Origin: Hyphomicrobiales bacterium
Lineage (GTDB): Bacteria; Pseudomonadota; Alphaproteobacteria; Rhizobiales; Hyphomicrobiaceae
Assembly (NCBI GenBank): GCA_003963125.1
Contig: RXJK01000038.1
Location: 1-51,559 of the forward strand
Direction of reading: 5' to 3'
DNA length: 51,559 bases
Under the pieces are notes generated by a model. That model was not told the origin of the DNA. It saw only the letters and a program-made list of their open reading frames with translations, and ran no database searches. Of the stretch, positions 10,004 to 18,869 are shown piece after piece. Position numbers and translations under genes: made by a program. How positions within the stretch are numbered: position 1 is the first letter of the stretch; every line of letters begins with the position of its first letter.

Positions 10004-11218
10004 TTGGACAGCGTCTTGATCATCGGCGCAGGTGCCGCAGGATCGGTCGTCGCGCAGAAGTGCGCCATGAACCGGGATGTCTTCAAGAAGATCCATCTCG
10101 CCTCCCGCCGCCTCGAAAGCTGCGAGAAGATCGCCAAGCGCTGCGTCACCCCGATCGAGATTTCCCACGTCGACGCCGACAACGTGGCGGAGACCGTGGC
10201 TCTCCTCAAGAAGGTGAAGCCCGATCTCGTGATCAACATGGCCCTGCCCTACCAGGACCTGCCGATCATGGATGCATGCCTGGAGGCGGGCGTGCACTAC
10301 ATGGATACGGCCAATTACGAGCCGCGTAACGAGGCCAAGTTCACCTATAAGTGGCAGTGGCCCTATCACGACAAGTACAAGGCCAAGGGCCTGATGGCGA
10401 TCCTGGGCTGCGGCTTCGATCCCGGCCAGTCGAACATCTACTGCGCCTACGCGCAGGAGTTCCTGTTCGACGAAATCGAGACGATCGACATCGTCGACTG
10501 CAACGACGGCAGCCACGGCAAGGCGTTCGCGACCAACTTCAATCCGGAGATCAACCTCCGCGAAGTCACGCAACGCGGCAAGTACTGGAAGAACGGCCAG
10601 TGGATCGAGATCGATCCGCTCTCGATCGCGTGCATGGTCGACTATCCGGAAGTCGGCCCGCGCAAGAGCTACCTCATCTATCACGAGGAGGAGGAAAGCC
10701 TCGTCGAGAACATCCGCGGCCTCAAGCAGATCCGCTTCTGGATGACCTTCTCCGACAACTACATCAAGCACCTCGAAGTGCTGCAGAACGTCGGCATGAC
10801 GCGCATCGATCCCGTCATGTACAAGGGCACACCCGTCATTCCGATGGAGTTCCTCAAGGAGCTTCTGCCGCCGCCCTCCTCACTTGGAGAGAACTACACG
10901 GGCCGCACGTCCATCGGCTGCATCTTCAAGGGCAAGAAGGACGGCAAGGAGAAGCGCGCCTTCATCTGGAACGTGTGCGACCACGCCCAGTGCTACAAGG
11001 AAACGGGCGCGCAGGCCGTGTCCTACACGACGGGCGTCCCGCCGGTCGTCGGCGCGATGATGTTCTTCAAGGGCCACTGGAAGGGTGCCGGCGTGTTCAA
11101 CGTCGAGCAGCTGCCGTCCAAGCCCTTCATGGACGAGATCGGCAAGCAGGGGCTGCCCTGGCAAATGGCTGAGATCGCCGAGAAGGACCAGGCCGAGCTA
11201 TTCGCGGTAAAGACCTGA
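10004..11218 (+). CDS. carboxy(nor)spermidine dehydrogenase (saccharopine dehydrogenase family)
   Basis: ORF 9878..11218. The in-frame TTG at 10004 is preceded by AGGGAG (9993..9998) and gives 404 aa starting LDSVLIIGAGAAGSVVA (Rossmann fold). The protein is CASDH-like throughout, and a CANSDC gene lies nearby. Confidence 0.8.
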   Translation: MDSVLIIGAGAAGSVVAQKCAMNRDVFKKIHLASRRLESCEKIAKRCVTPIEISHVDADNVAETVALLKKVKPDLVINMALPYQDLPIMDACLEAGVHYMDTANYEPRNEAKFTYKWQWPYHDKYKAKGLMAILGCGFDPGQSNIYCAYAQEFLFDEIETIDIVDCNDGSHGKAFATNFNPEINLREVTQRGKYWKNGQWIEIDPLSIACMVDYPEVGPRKSYLIYHEEEESLVENIRGLKQIRFWMTFSDNYIKHLEVLQNVGMTRIDPVMYKGTPVIPMEFLKELLPPPSSLGENYTGRTSIGCIFKGKKDGKEKRAFIWNVCDHAQCYKETGAQAVSYTTGVPPVVGAMMFFKGHWKGAGVFNVEQLPSKPFMDEIGKQGLPWQMAEIAEKDQAELFAVKT

Positions 11219-11222
11219 AGTC

Positions 11223-11861
11223 TCAAGCGGGCGGCGATGAGCCGCCCGTTTCGCTTGCGGGTCCCTCGTCGGGCCAAAGCAGGCTCAGCTCGAACGGCGC
11301 GGCATCGAACGGCGGGGCCGCCACGGCGCCTTTTTCCGCGTAGGTGGCGAGCAAAAGCCACTGAGCGTCCTTGAGGGCGAAGGTCTCGATCAACCGCTCT
11401 TCCGGGTTGACCAGCCAAAGATGGCCAACGCCGTGACGGGCATAAATATCGCGCTTGGCGGTGCGATCGAGACGCTCGGTCGAGGGCGAAAGGATCTCGC
11501 AGACCCAGTCCGGTGGGAGTGTGAAAAAGGCTTCCTCAGGCAGCCGCGGCATGCGCTCGCGCCGCCAGCCGGCAATATCGGGAACGACAACGTCATCTCC
11601 GAGGTGCAATTCCGGCTCATCGAGAATGACCCAGCCTCCAGGACCGCCATCTCCGAGATCGAACTTGCTGCCGATCAATGTGCCAAGTCGCGAATAGGCG
11701 TGCGCATGTCGCGGCCTAGGCCGCGGATGGGTGTAAAGCGCGCCGTTAATGATCTCGGCGACCAGATGCGGCGGAACCGCCTCGAGGTCGGCGTAGGTCG
11801 CGCGCGGGGCTGGGGCGTCCTGGGCCATGGAAAAGGCATACCATATGACACCCTGAGGCAC
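11223..11861 (-). CDS. Uma2-family (DUF820) putative restriction-like endonuclease
   Basis: 212-aa ORF. The motifs AEIINGALYTHPRPRPRHA, DDVVVPDIAGW and PDWVCEILSPST...D...K..YA..GV...WLVNP match the PD-(D/E)xK core of the Uma2 family. The start is either GTG 11861 or ATG 11828. Confidence 0.75.
   Translation of the reverse strand: MPQGVIWYAFSMAQDAPAPRATYADLEAVPPHLVAEIINGALYTHPRPRPRHAHAYSRLGTLIGSKFDLGDGGPGGWVILDEPELHLGDDVVVPDIAGWRRERMPRLPEEAFFTLPPDWVCEILSPSTERLDRTAKRDIYARHGVGHLWLVNPEERLIETFALKDAQWLLLATYAEKGAVAAPPFDAAPFELSLLWPDEGPASETGGSSPPA
11228..11256 (+). terminator. candidate intrinsic terminator after the CASDH gene
   Basis: Stem CGGGCGGC (11228..11235), loop GATGA, stem GCCGCCCG (11241..11248), then TTTCGCTT. 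It lies inside the 3' end of the oppositely oriented Uma2 ORF. Confidence 0.45.
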
Positions 11862-11919
11862 TATATGTGCCGGCGCCTGAGCCAGTTAGATGGCCCGCAC
11901 TGCCCCCAGGAGCCCGAAC

Positions 11920-13068
11920 ATGGCGACACTTCCGAACCTTCCCGCCGACATGCGCACGCCCGCCTACGTGCTCGACGCGGCGAAGCTCGCGGCCAACATG
12001 GCGACAGCCGCACGGATCCGTCGCGAGGCCGGCTGCAAGGTGCTGCTCGCCACCAAGGCCTGGGCGATGCCGGCCGCCTTTCCGCTGATGCGCGATCATC
12101 TCGACGGCACCACGGCGTCCGGCGAGTACGAAGCGCGCATGGGCGCCAAGGAGTTCGGCAAGGAAGTCCATGTCTACGCGCCGGCCTATGGCCCCGGCGA
12201 AGTCGAGCGCCTGACGGACATCGCGCAGCACATCTACTTCAACTCGCCCGAGCAGATCGTGCGCCATCTGCCGGTGCTGGCAAAGAAGCCGGACGTGAAG
12301 ACGGGCATCCGCATCAATCCAGGCTACTCGAACGCGACGCTCGGTGGGCATCTCTACGACCCCTGCGCGCCATTTTCTCGCTTCGGCACGACGACCGCCG
12401 ATCTCGACGCGGTTCCTTGGGAGCACGTGCACATCCTGCACGCGCACTCCCTCTGCGAGTCGCTGCACGAAGGGTCGGTGGGCCTGATCGAGCACGTGGC
12501 GCGCAACTTCGCGCCCTACGTGCGGTGCGTGAAGGCCGTGAATTTCGGCGGCGGGCATTTCATCAACAAGCCGGGCTATGATCTGGGCAAGCTCATCACA
12601 GCCGTGAAGGCATTCCGTGCGGAATTCGACGTCGACGTCATCCTGGAGCCGGGCGCCGGACTGGTGGTCGACACGGGCTACCTTGTTGCGACCGTGATTG
12701 GCATCCATCGCAACGAAAAGGACATCGCCATCCTTGATACATCCGCGTCCTGCCATATGCCGGACGTGCTGGAGGTGCCCTACCGCCCGCCGCTGCTTGG
12801 CGCGGGTGAAGCGAACGAATTCGCCCATTCCTACATCCTCGGCGGCAAGACCTGCATGACTGGCGACGTCATCGGCGAATATTCGTTCAAGGCGCCCCTG
12901 AAGCCGGGCGACAGGCTCGTGTTCGGCGACATGATGCAATACTCCTTCGTCAAGAACACAACTTTCAACGGCACGCCGTTGCCGGACCTCGCCATCCTCG
13001 ATGCGGACGGCAGCTATCGCGTGATCCGCACGTTCGGCTACGAGGAATTCCGGCGCCGGCTGGGCTGA
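11920..13068 (+). CDS. nspC: carboxy(nor)spermidine decarboxylase
   Basis: The ATG at 11920 (MATLPNL) has AGGAG upstream. The translation (TPAYVLDAAKLAANM...LLATKAW...GTTASGEYEA...NFGGGH) is typical of the PLP-dependent CANSDC family. Confidence 0.85.
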   Translation: MATLPNLPADMRTPAYVLDAAKLAANMATAARIRREAGCKVLLATKAWAMPAAFPLMRDHLDGTTASGEYEARMGAKEFGKEVHVYAPAYGPGEVERLTDIAQHIYFNSPEQIVRHLPVLAKKPDVKTGIRINPGYSNATLGGHLYDPCAPFSRFGTTTADLDAVPWEHVHILHAHSLCESLHEGSVGLIEHVARNFAPYVRCVKAVNFGGGHFINKPGYDLGKLITAVKAFRAEFDVDVILEPGAGLVVDTGYLVATVIGIHRNEKDIAILDTSASCHMPDVLEVPYRPPLLGAGEANEFAHSYILGGKTCMTGDVIGEYSFKAPLKPGDRLVFGDMMQYSFVKNTTFNGTPLPDLAILDADGSYRVIRTFGYEEFRRRLG

Positions 13069-13160
13069 GGGCCTGCCCGCTTCCTGAGCAAACCGACACC
13101 TTGCCGCGTCGCGCTGCTGAGGACAAACTCGGCACCGTTGCGGCGCGCAGGAGGGCGGGC

Positions 13161-14546
13161 ATGGGTTACCACGCGAGTGTCGGCACGACGCGTTACGTCT
13201 TTGCCGACCTCAAGGACCTGATGGCGAAGGCGACCCCGCCGCGCTCGGGCGATCGGCTTTCCGGCATCGCCGCGACCAGTGCGGAAGAATGCGTAGCGGC
13301 GAAGATGGCCCTCGCCGACCTGCCCCTCAAGACCATCCTCAACGAGCCGGTGGTGCCTTACGAAGCCTGCGACGTCACGCGCCTGATCCTCGATACGCAC
13401 GACCAGAAGGCTTTTGCCGCGATTTCCTCCCTGACAGTGGGCGAATTCCGCGAGCACCTTCTGTCTGAGCGCACAACGGCGCAAACGCTCGGCGCGCTCG
13501 CGCCCGCCATCACGCCGGAGATCGCGGCGGCCGTATCGAAGATCATGCGCAACCAGGATCTGGTCCTCGCCGCGCGCAAGGCGGAAGTCGTCACGCGCTT
13601 TCGAAATACCATTGGTCTCGCCGGTACGATGGCAGTGCGCCTGCAGCCGAACCATCCAACGGACGATCCGGCCGGGATCACGGCCGCCATCCTCGACGGG
13701 CTCATGTACGGGTGCGGCGATGCCGTCATCGGCATCAATCCGGCTTCGGATTCACCTGCCGCCATCACCCGGCTTCTCGATCTTGTCGCGGGCATCATCG
13801 ACCGCTTCGATATCCCGACGCAGTCGTGCGTTCTCACGCACGTGTCGACGACGCTGGGCCTCATCGGGGAAGGGGTACCCGTAGATCTCGTCTTCCAGTC
13901 GATTGCCGGGACGCAAGCCGCCAACGCGTCCTTCGGCGTCACGCTCGACATGCTGAAGGAGGCCAACGACGCGGCCCGGTCGCAGAAACGCGGCACCGTC
14001 GGCGACAACGTCATGTACTTCGAGACCGGACAGGGCTCGGCCCTCTCCGCCAACGCCCATCACGGCGTCGACCAGCAGACGCTTGAAGCGCGCGCCTACG
14101 CCGTGGCACGCGCTTTCTCTCCGCTGCTCGTCAACTCCGTCGTCGGCTTCATCGGACCCGAGTATCTCTACGACGGCAAGGAGATCATTCGCGCAGGGCT
14201 CGAGGACCACTTCTGCGGCAAGCTGATGGGCGTGCCGCTCGGCGTGGACGTTTGTTACACGAACCATGCCGAAGCCGATCAGGACGACATGGACACGCTG
14301 CTGACCATGCTCGCCGCTGCGGGCGTCACCTACATCATGGGCGTACCCGGCGCCGACGATGTGATGCTCAACTACCAGTCCACATCCTTTCATGATGCCC
14401 TTTACGTGCGCGAGGCGTTCGGCCTGAAACGCGCGCCGGAGTTCGAGGCCTGGCTGCAGGACGCCGGCATCACCGATGCACGAGGCAAGTTGCGTCCGCC
14501 GCGCGCGGATCACCAACTCCTTGCCTACGCGGGAGCGGCGCCGTGA
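13161..14546 (+). CDS. eutB: ethanolamine ammonia-lyase large subunit
   Basis: The ATG at 13161 follows GGAGGG. The protein is EutB-like over its full length (RLQPNHPTDD, GINPASD, YFETGQGSALSANAHHG, VGFIGPEYLYDGKEIIRAGLEDHF). Confidence 0.92.
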   Translation: MGYHASVGTTRYVFADLKDLMAKATPPRSGDRLSGIAATSAEECVAAKMALADLPLKTILNEPVVPYEACDVTRLILDTHDQKAFAAISSLTVGEFREHLLSERTTAQTLGALAPAITPEIAAAVSKIMRNQDLVLAARKAEVVTRFRNTIGLAGTMAVRLQPNHPTDDPAGITAAILDGLMYGCGDAVIGINPASDSPAAITRLLDLVAGIIDRFDIPTQSCVLTHVSTTLGLIGEGVPVDLVFQSIAGTQAANASFGVTLDMLKEANDAARSQKRGTVGDNVMYFETGQGSALSANAHHGVDQQTLEARAYAVARAFSPLLVNSVVGFIGPEYLYDGKEIIRAGLEDHFCGKLMGVPLGVDVCYTNHAEADQDDMDTLLTMLAAAGVTYIMGVPGADDVMLNYQSTSFHDALYVREAFGLKRAPEFEAWLQDAGITDARGKLRPPRADHQLLAYAGAAP

Positions 14547-15325
14547 CCGATTTGCGCGATCCCTGGCGCACCCTTTCGGAGCGGACGCCGGCGCGGATCG
14601 CGCTGGGACGCGCGGGGGCTTCGCTGCCGACGGGCGAAGTCCTGCGCTTCTCGCTCGCACATGCCCAAGCGCGTGACGCCGTCCACGCGCCGCTTGCACT
14701 TGAGGAGCTTAAGAAGGGCGTCGAGGAGGTGTTCGGGCCGGCCCTCGTCGTCGAAAGCCAGGCCGTGGATCGCTCTCTCTATTTGCGCCGGCCAGACCTC
14801 GGGCGCCAACTCGCGGAGCCCGGCCGCCAAATGCTTCGATCGGCTAGGACAGACGGGGCGGATCTTGCAATCGTGATCGGGGATGGCTTGTCCGCACGCG
14901 CCGTGAACGAACACGCGGTCTCACTTCTCAGCGCCCTGAAACCCAGGCTCGACGCCCTGCAGCTCAACCTGGCAACGCCCGTGATCGCGCTCGGCGCGCG
15001 CGTCGCCCTCGGCGATGAGATCGGGGCCCTGCTCGGCGCGCGCGCGGTCGCCATGCTGATCGGCGAGCGCCCCGGTCTTTCCTCGCCCGACAGCCTGGGC
15101 GTCTACTTCACCTACGCGCCGCAAACCGGACGAACCGACGCCGAACGCAACTGCATCTCCAATATCCGGCGCGAGGGACTGGCATACGATCCGGCCGCCT
15201 TCAAGCTCGCCTGGATCGTGCGGGAAGCTCTGCGGCGCGAGCTGTCTGGCGTCGACCTCAAGGACGACAGCGACAAACTTCTGGAAGCCGGAAACGCACC
15301 ACCGGTTTTGCTGCCGGAACGGTGA
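14543..15325 (+). CDS. eutC: ethanolamine ammonia-lyase small subunit
   Basis: The GTG start overlaps the eutB stop (GTGA). The 260-aa protein has EutC motifs (RTPARIALGRAG, LIGERPGLS, ERNCISNIR). Confidence 0.9.
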   Translation: MTDLRDPWRTLSERTPARIALGRAGASLPTGEVLRFSLAHAQARDAVHAPLALEELKKGVEEVFGPALVVESQAVDRSLYLRRPDLGRQLAEPGRQMLRSARTDGADLAIVIGDGLSARAVNEHAVSLLSALKPRLDALQLNLATPVIALGARVALGDEIGALLGARAVAMLIGERPGLSSPDSLGVYFTYAPQTGRTDAERNCISNIRREGLAYDPAAFKLAWIVREALRRELSGVDLKDDSDKLLEAGNAPPVLLPER

Positions 15326-15334
15326 ACGCGGGCG

Positions 15335-15847
15335 TCACCCCCAGGCGAACGCGACCTTCTCCAGGCGCGCCCCGCCGATGCGCGTGAACGTGCTCTTGAT
15401 CGGCCGGCCGCCGCGGCGCCAGTAGAAATCGCACGCCGGCGTGTTGTCGAGCAGCGCCCAGACCACGAGGCCGGCGAGTCCGCGTTCGTCCAGCTTGGCG
15501 CGGCATCCCTCGAAAAGATGCTCCCCGAGGCCCAGGCCCTGGTAGATCGGATCGAGGTAGAGTTCGAAGATCTCGCCCTGCTGAGGGCCGCCCTGCCGCG
15601 CCGGACCGAGCGTCGCGTAGCCTGCGACCGTGCCGTCGAGCTCCAGAACGAGCAAGCCGCCATCCTCGCCCTTGATGAGGCGGCGCCACCACTCGGGCGA
15701 GCGCTGCTTGGCGAGGCTGTCAAGATGCGCGTGGGGCAGGATGCCGTTGTAGGCCAGAGACCACGACTCCTTGAAGATGCGCGAAAGCACCTTGGAGTCG
15801 GTCGTCTTGCCGACGCGTACGCGAACCTTTGAACCAGAGCCGAGCAT
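15335..15847 (-). CDS. GNAT-family N-acetyltransferase
   Basis: The internal ATG at 15847 gives a roughly 170-aa protein. The acetyl-CoA binding region is LYLDPIYQGLGLGEHLF. Confidence 0.7.
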   Translation of the reverse strand: MLGSGSKVRVRVGKTTDSKVLSRIFKESWSLAYNGILPHAHLDSLAKQRSPEWWRRLIKGEDGGLLVLELDGTVAGYATLGPARQGGPQQGEIFELYLDPIYQGLGLGEHLFEGCRAKLDERGLAGLVVWALLDNTPACDFYWRRGGRPIKSTFTRIGGARLEKVAFAWG

Positions 15848-15978
15848 GCACCCAATATAAAGGGTGCGATGGATTTGTCCCGACGAAATTCGTGGCGCGC
15901 TGGGCAGAACACCCGGGCGTTGCACGCCGCACGCGGACGGGGAAACGCGGGAGTGCTCCCCGCGGCATGCCGATTGCT

Positions 15979-16341
15979 CTACTGGATCGCCGGCGCCTTC
16001 ATCGAGGCGACGAACTCGGCCTCTTCGCGCACCTCGCGCCAGAGGTCTTCGGCCCGATCCGGCTCGAGCGCATACGGCGGATCGTCGTCGAATTTCAGGA
16101 GCACGAGGCGCTCGTGCTCGGCACGGCCCACGGCGAGCGCCTTCGGGCTGCGCGTGAAGCGCGGCCCAGCCTGGGTCGCAGCATCGGAGATCGCCGCGAG
16201 AACCGGCACCAGATCCGCAGCGAGCCGCATGGGAAGCGTGACGGTCTGCTTGACCCCGCGGGCATCGGCAAACGTCAGCTGCACACGATTGCGCTCGGTC
16301 GTTTTCGTCTCGACAAGCGCCTGCGCGACAAACTCAGCCAT
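15979..16341 (-). CDS. hypothetical 120-aa protein
   Basis: The ORF has a good SD (GGGGGA 6 nt upstream of the ATG). It is acidic and has no recognisable domain. It lies immediately downstream of the PcfJ-like gene on the same strand. Confidence 0.5.
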   Translation of the reverse strand: MAEFVAQALVETKTTERNRVQLTFADARGVKQTVTLPMRLAADLVPVLAAISDAATQAGPRFTRSPKALAVGRAEHERLVLLKFDDDPPYALEPDRAEDLWREVREEAEFVASMKAPAIQ

Positions 16342-16458
16342 CTTGTCCCCCGTACTTTGTTCCCTGCATTGTGATGATGCGCTGCATTTTCCTTGCCACG
16401 CAAGGGCTCCAGCGCCACAGGTGCAGGGCCCGATGCAACGAGGCCACGCGATTAAGCA

Positions 16459-17736
16459 TCAATCCGCACGGGTCTTGCCGCGGGAAGCAGCCGAAACCTG
16501 CTGACCGATTGGCAGTGTGCGCACTCGCCTCGGGGCCGGTTTACCCTGAAGCTCCGCTCCCGCAGTGTCGCGCCGCAGCCTGCCCTTCTTGGCCGGCAGG
16601 AGAAGCAGAGCGCGAAGCTTGGGCTCGAGGTCGGAGCCGGCGATGGTCTCGAGATAGGGTTGCCAGAGTTGCTGCCGTGCGAGTGATCTTTGTGCAGATT
16701 GCACACGGCGTGGCCTCAAGGTGCGCTGCGCCAGCTTCTGGCTTCCGAGCCACGCGTAGGTCGCCTGCCAGACATCAGGACCAGCCCGGCGGTTTCGGTA
16801 CGCTCTTAGCTGCACGATATTCGGCATCGAGCATTCTTCATCGTGCACGCCGATTTCGACGCACGCCACGTGCCGCTCGCCGCGCCGGATCGAGAACACG
16901 ACGTTACGCCCGGTACGGAGCTGATCGGCAAACTGGTCAAGGCAGTTTTCCATGCACTCGCTTTCATGCAGGAAATCGGCGACCGTCTTGAGCGGAACGA
17001 ATGAAAGCCCCGCCGCCGTGCCGGGTTGCAGCCAGCAATCCACGAGGCCGAAGCCCAGAACGTCGACGAGCCGCAGGCGTCGCCGCCACACGTTGAACTC
17101 GTCCAGGGCGCGCCGCGCACTAATGTCCGTGCTCCACCCCCGGCGCAGAAGCTTGAAACCCTCGGTTTCAGGGTGCTGGCTGAACCAGGCCCATGCTCCC
17201 ATCATGAGAAGGCTTTCCTCGCTCATGAAGGCCGGCTTGACCGCGCGCGTGAACCACAGCGCGTACTGAGGGCCGGCGGCCGTGACGGCACTGCTGAGCG
17301 CGCCGAGCCAGGCCACGGCCTCGCAACTGCGCCGCGGTACGAAGCTCGCGATCCGCAGGCCGAACTCGGCATCCATGGGCAACGCGGGAAGCCGTCGCTC
17401 GAACGCCAGTGCAGGCAGACGGCGCAGCCAGAACGGTAAGGCCAGCGCGTCGGACGCGTGCTTCAATGGAGCGCCCGAAGCAACAATGGCAAGGGCCGCA
17501 TCGCGGGCCGCGGGCGCGCCGTAGTCGGAAACCAGCGCGAACAGCAGCGCGGGAAAACTGTCCGCGAGATCCTCGATTTCGGGATTGCCGGCCGTAATCG
17601 CAGCGACTTGCCGCTGCCATGCCGGATGAAAACTTTCGATCCGTCGCTTGCGACGCGCAACCGGATCTGAAGCCTCGCCGATAGCTTCCACCGTCGAGAG
17701 TGCAGGAGGAAGCGTGTCGGTGATCGTGGAACTCAT
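16459..17736 (-). CDS. PcfJ-like domain protein
   Basis: 425-aa ORF. The C-terminal segment LHESECMENCLDQFADQLRTGRNVVFSIRRGERHVACVEI...IVQLRAYRNR matches my memory of the PcfJ-like signature (E..M.[HN]C...Y......G....[FY]S[IL]R....R.AT.E[IL]...Q.RG..N). The N-terminal roughly 250 aa are unassigned. Confidence 0.6.
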   Translation of the reverse strand: MSSTITDTLPPALSTVEAIGEASDPVARRKRRIESFHPAWQRQVAAITAGNPEIEDLADSFPALLFALVSDYGAPAARDAALAIVASGAPLKHASDALALPFWLRRLPALAFERRLPALPMDAEFGLRIASFVPRRSCEAVAWLGALSSAVTAAGPQYALWFTRAVKPAFMSEESLLMMGAWAWFSQHPETEGFKLLRRGWSTDISARRALDEFNVWRRRLRLVDVLGFGLVDCWLQPGTAAGLSFVPLKTVADFLHESECMENCLDQFADQLRTGRNVVFSIRRGERHVACVEIGVHDEECSMPNIVQLRAYRNRRAGPDVWQATYAWLGSQKLAQRTLRPRRVQSAQRSLARQQLWQPYLETIAGSDLEPKLRALLLLPAKKGRLRRDTAGAELQGKPAPRRVRTLPIGQQVSAASRGKTRAD

Positions 17737-17819
17737 GCGCGATGCAAACCCATTCGAGCTGCAGCCCCCGCGTCCCTTATGCTTAACGGCACAAAGTGGC
17801 GGAATTAGCAGCCGGCAGG

Positions 17820-18326
17820 TCAGTTCAACGCGGAGATCGCCTGTCCGAAGCCGGCGAGCGAGACGGGAATGCCGATTCCCGCTTCCTCGGTCTGATAGAT
17901 GATGAAGACGGCCTGCTTGCCGCCCTTGAGCTGATCGATAAGTTTGTCCTCGAGCGCGATCTGCGCGTAGCAGCCGTACATGCTACAGCGCACGAACGGA
18001 ACCGGACCGACGTTCTTGCCGTCGATCGAGAGGCCGAGACCGCGCGGCAGAAGCACGCCGAGCGGGGCGAACACGCGCAGAACCTTCTTGCCGTCAGAGA
18101 AGCGCTGGAAATAGACGCCGAGCCCGATGTTGGCGTGATCCTCGGCCGTGACCCGCTGCACCACGCCGCAGATCTCGTTCTTGGCTCCGGGCGGCGGCGG
18201 CCGGCACACGACCTGCCAGTCCCCGTGCTGCGCCTTCACGGTGCCGCCCTCCGGCGACTGCGGCATCTGCGCCCGGGCAGGCATCGCCAGCGAACATGAG
18301 ATCGCCACGGCCAGCACCGCTGGCAT
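17820..18326 (-). CDS. invasion-associated locus B (IalB) family periplasmic protein
   Basis: The internal ATG at 18326 gives a 168-aa protein with a signal peptide (MPAVLAVAISCSLAMPARA) and IalB-like sequence (HGDWQVVC...CGVVQ...FVRCSMYGCYA). Confidence 0.8.
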   Translation of the reverse strand: MPAVLAVAISCSLAMPARAQMPQSPEGGTVKAQHGDWQVVCRPPPPGAKNEICGVVQRVTAEDHANIGLGVYFQRFSDGKKVLRVFAPLGVLLPRGLGLSIDGKNVGPVPFVRCSMYGCYAQIALEDKLIDQLKGGKQAVFIIYQTEEAGIGIPVSLAGFGQAISALN

Positions 18327-18869
18327 GTACGAAAATCCGCTACCTGCAGAACGCACGAGAAATCGCCCGGCTTTCGGTATGCTGATTGTGCGCCGCGTCA
18401 AACCGAAACCTTCCCGAACCTTGACGGAGATCAAATCGGGGAGAGACACATCGCAGCTCTCCACCGCACGCCCGCGCACATCGACGGTGCGACGAACGGC
18501 GCTTCGTGGCGGTACGAATTCGGCCAAATTTGGGAGCCGCGCAAGGGACTTGCGCGTCGGCTTCGTAGGGGCTCGCCGCACCTGCGTCTCGGTGACGCCT
18601 AACCCACGACGACATCAGAAAGATTTGCGCGTGCAAATGCCGCACTAGAGTTCCCCTTGAGAAGCTTCCGCCCATTGTGTTTGGTGATCGCGCGGGAAAT
18701 GCTCCGGCGCGACTCGTTCCCGACGGCGAGGCGAAAGAGGGCCAGGCCCGCGGGGCTGAAGGCAAGTTCGTAGAGAAAATCAACACTATGGGCGCTGCGC
18801 GCCCTACGGGGACCGCCGCGGGCGGCGCTTGCGACGTCGGTTTCCCCCGTAAACCAAGGAGCGATCGCG

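Noticed and set aside
11223-11861. Treating the Uma2 gene as a mobile element or as part of a restriction-modification or toxin-antitoxin system.
   Set aside because: I could see no transposase or integrase, no inverted or direct repeats at the borders, and no adjacent methylase or antitoxin-sized ORF.
13069-13160. Possible cobalamin riboswitch upstream of the AdoCbl-dependent eutBC genes.
   Set aside because: The spacer is only about 90 nt, and I see no B12-box-like sequence. It is too short for a cobalamin aptamer.
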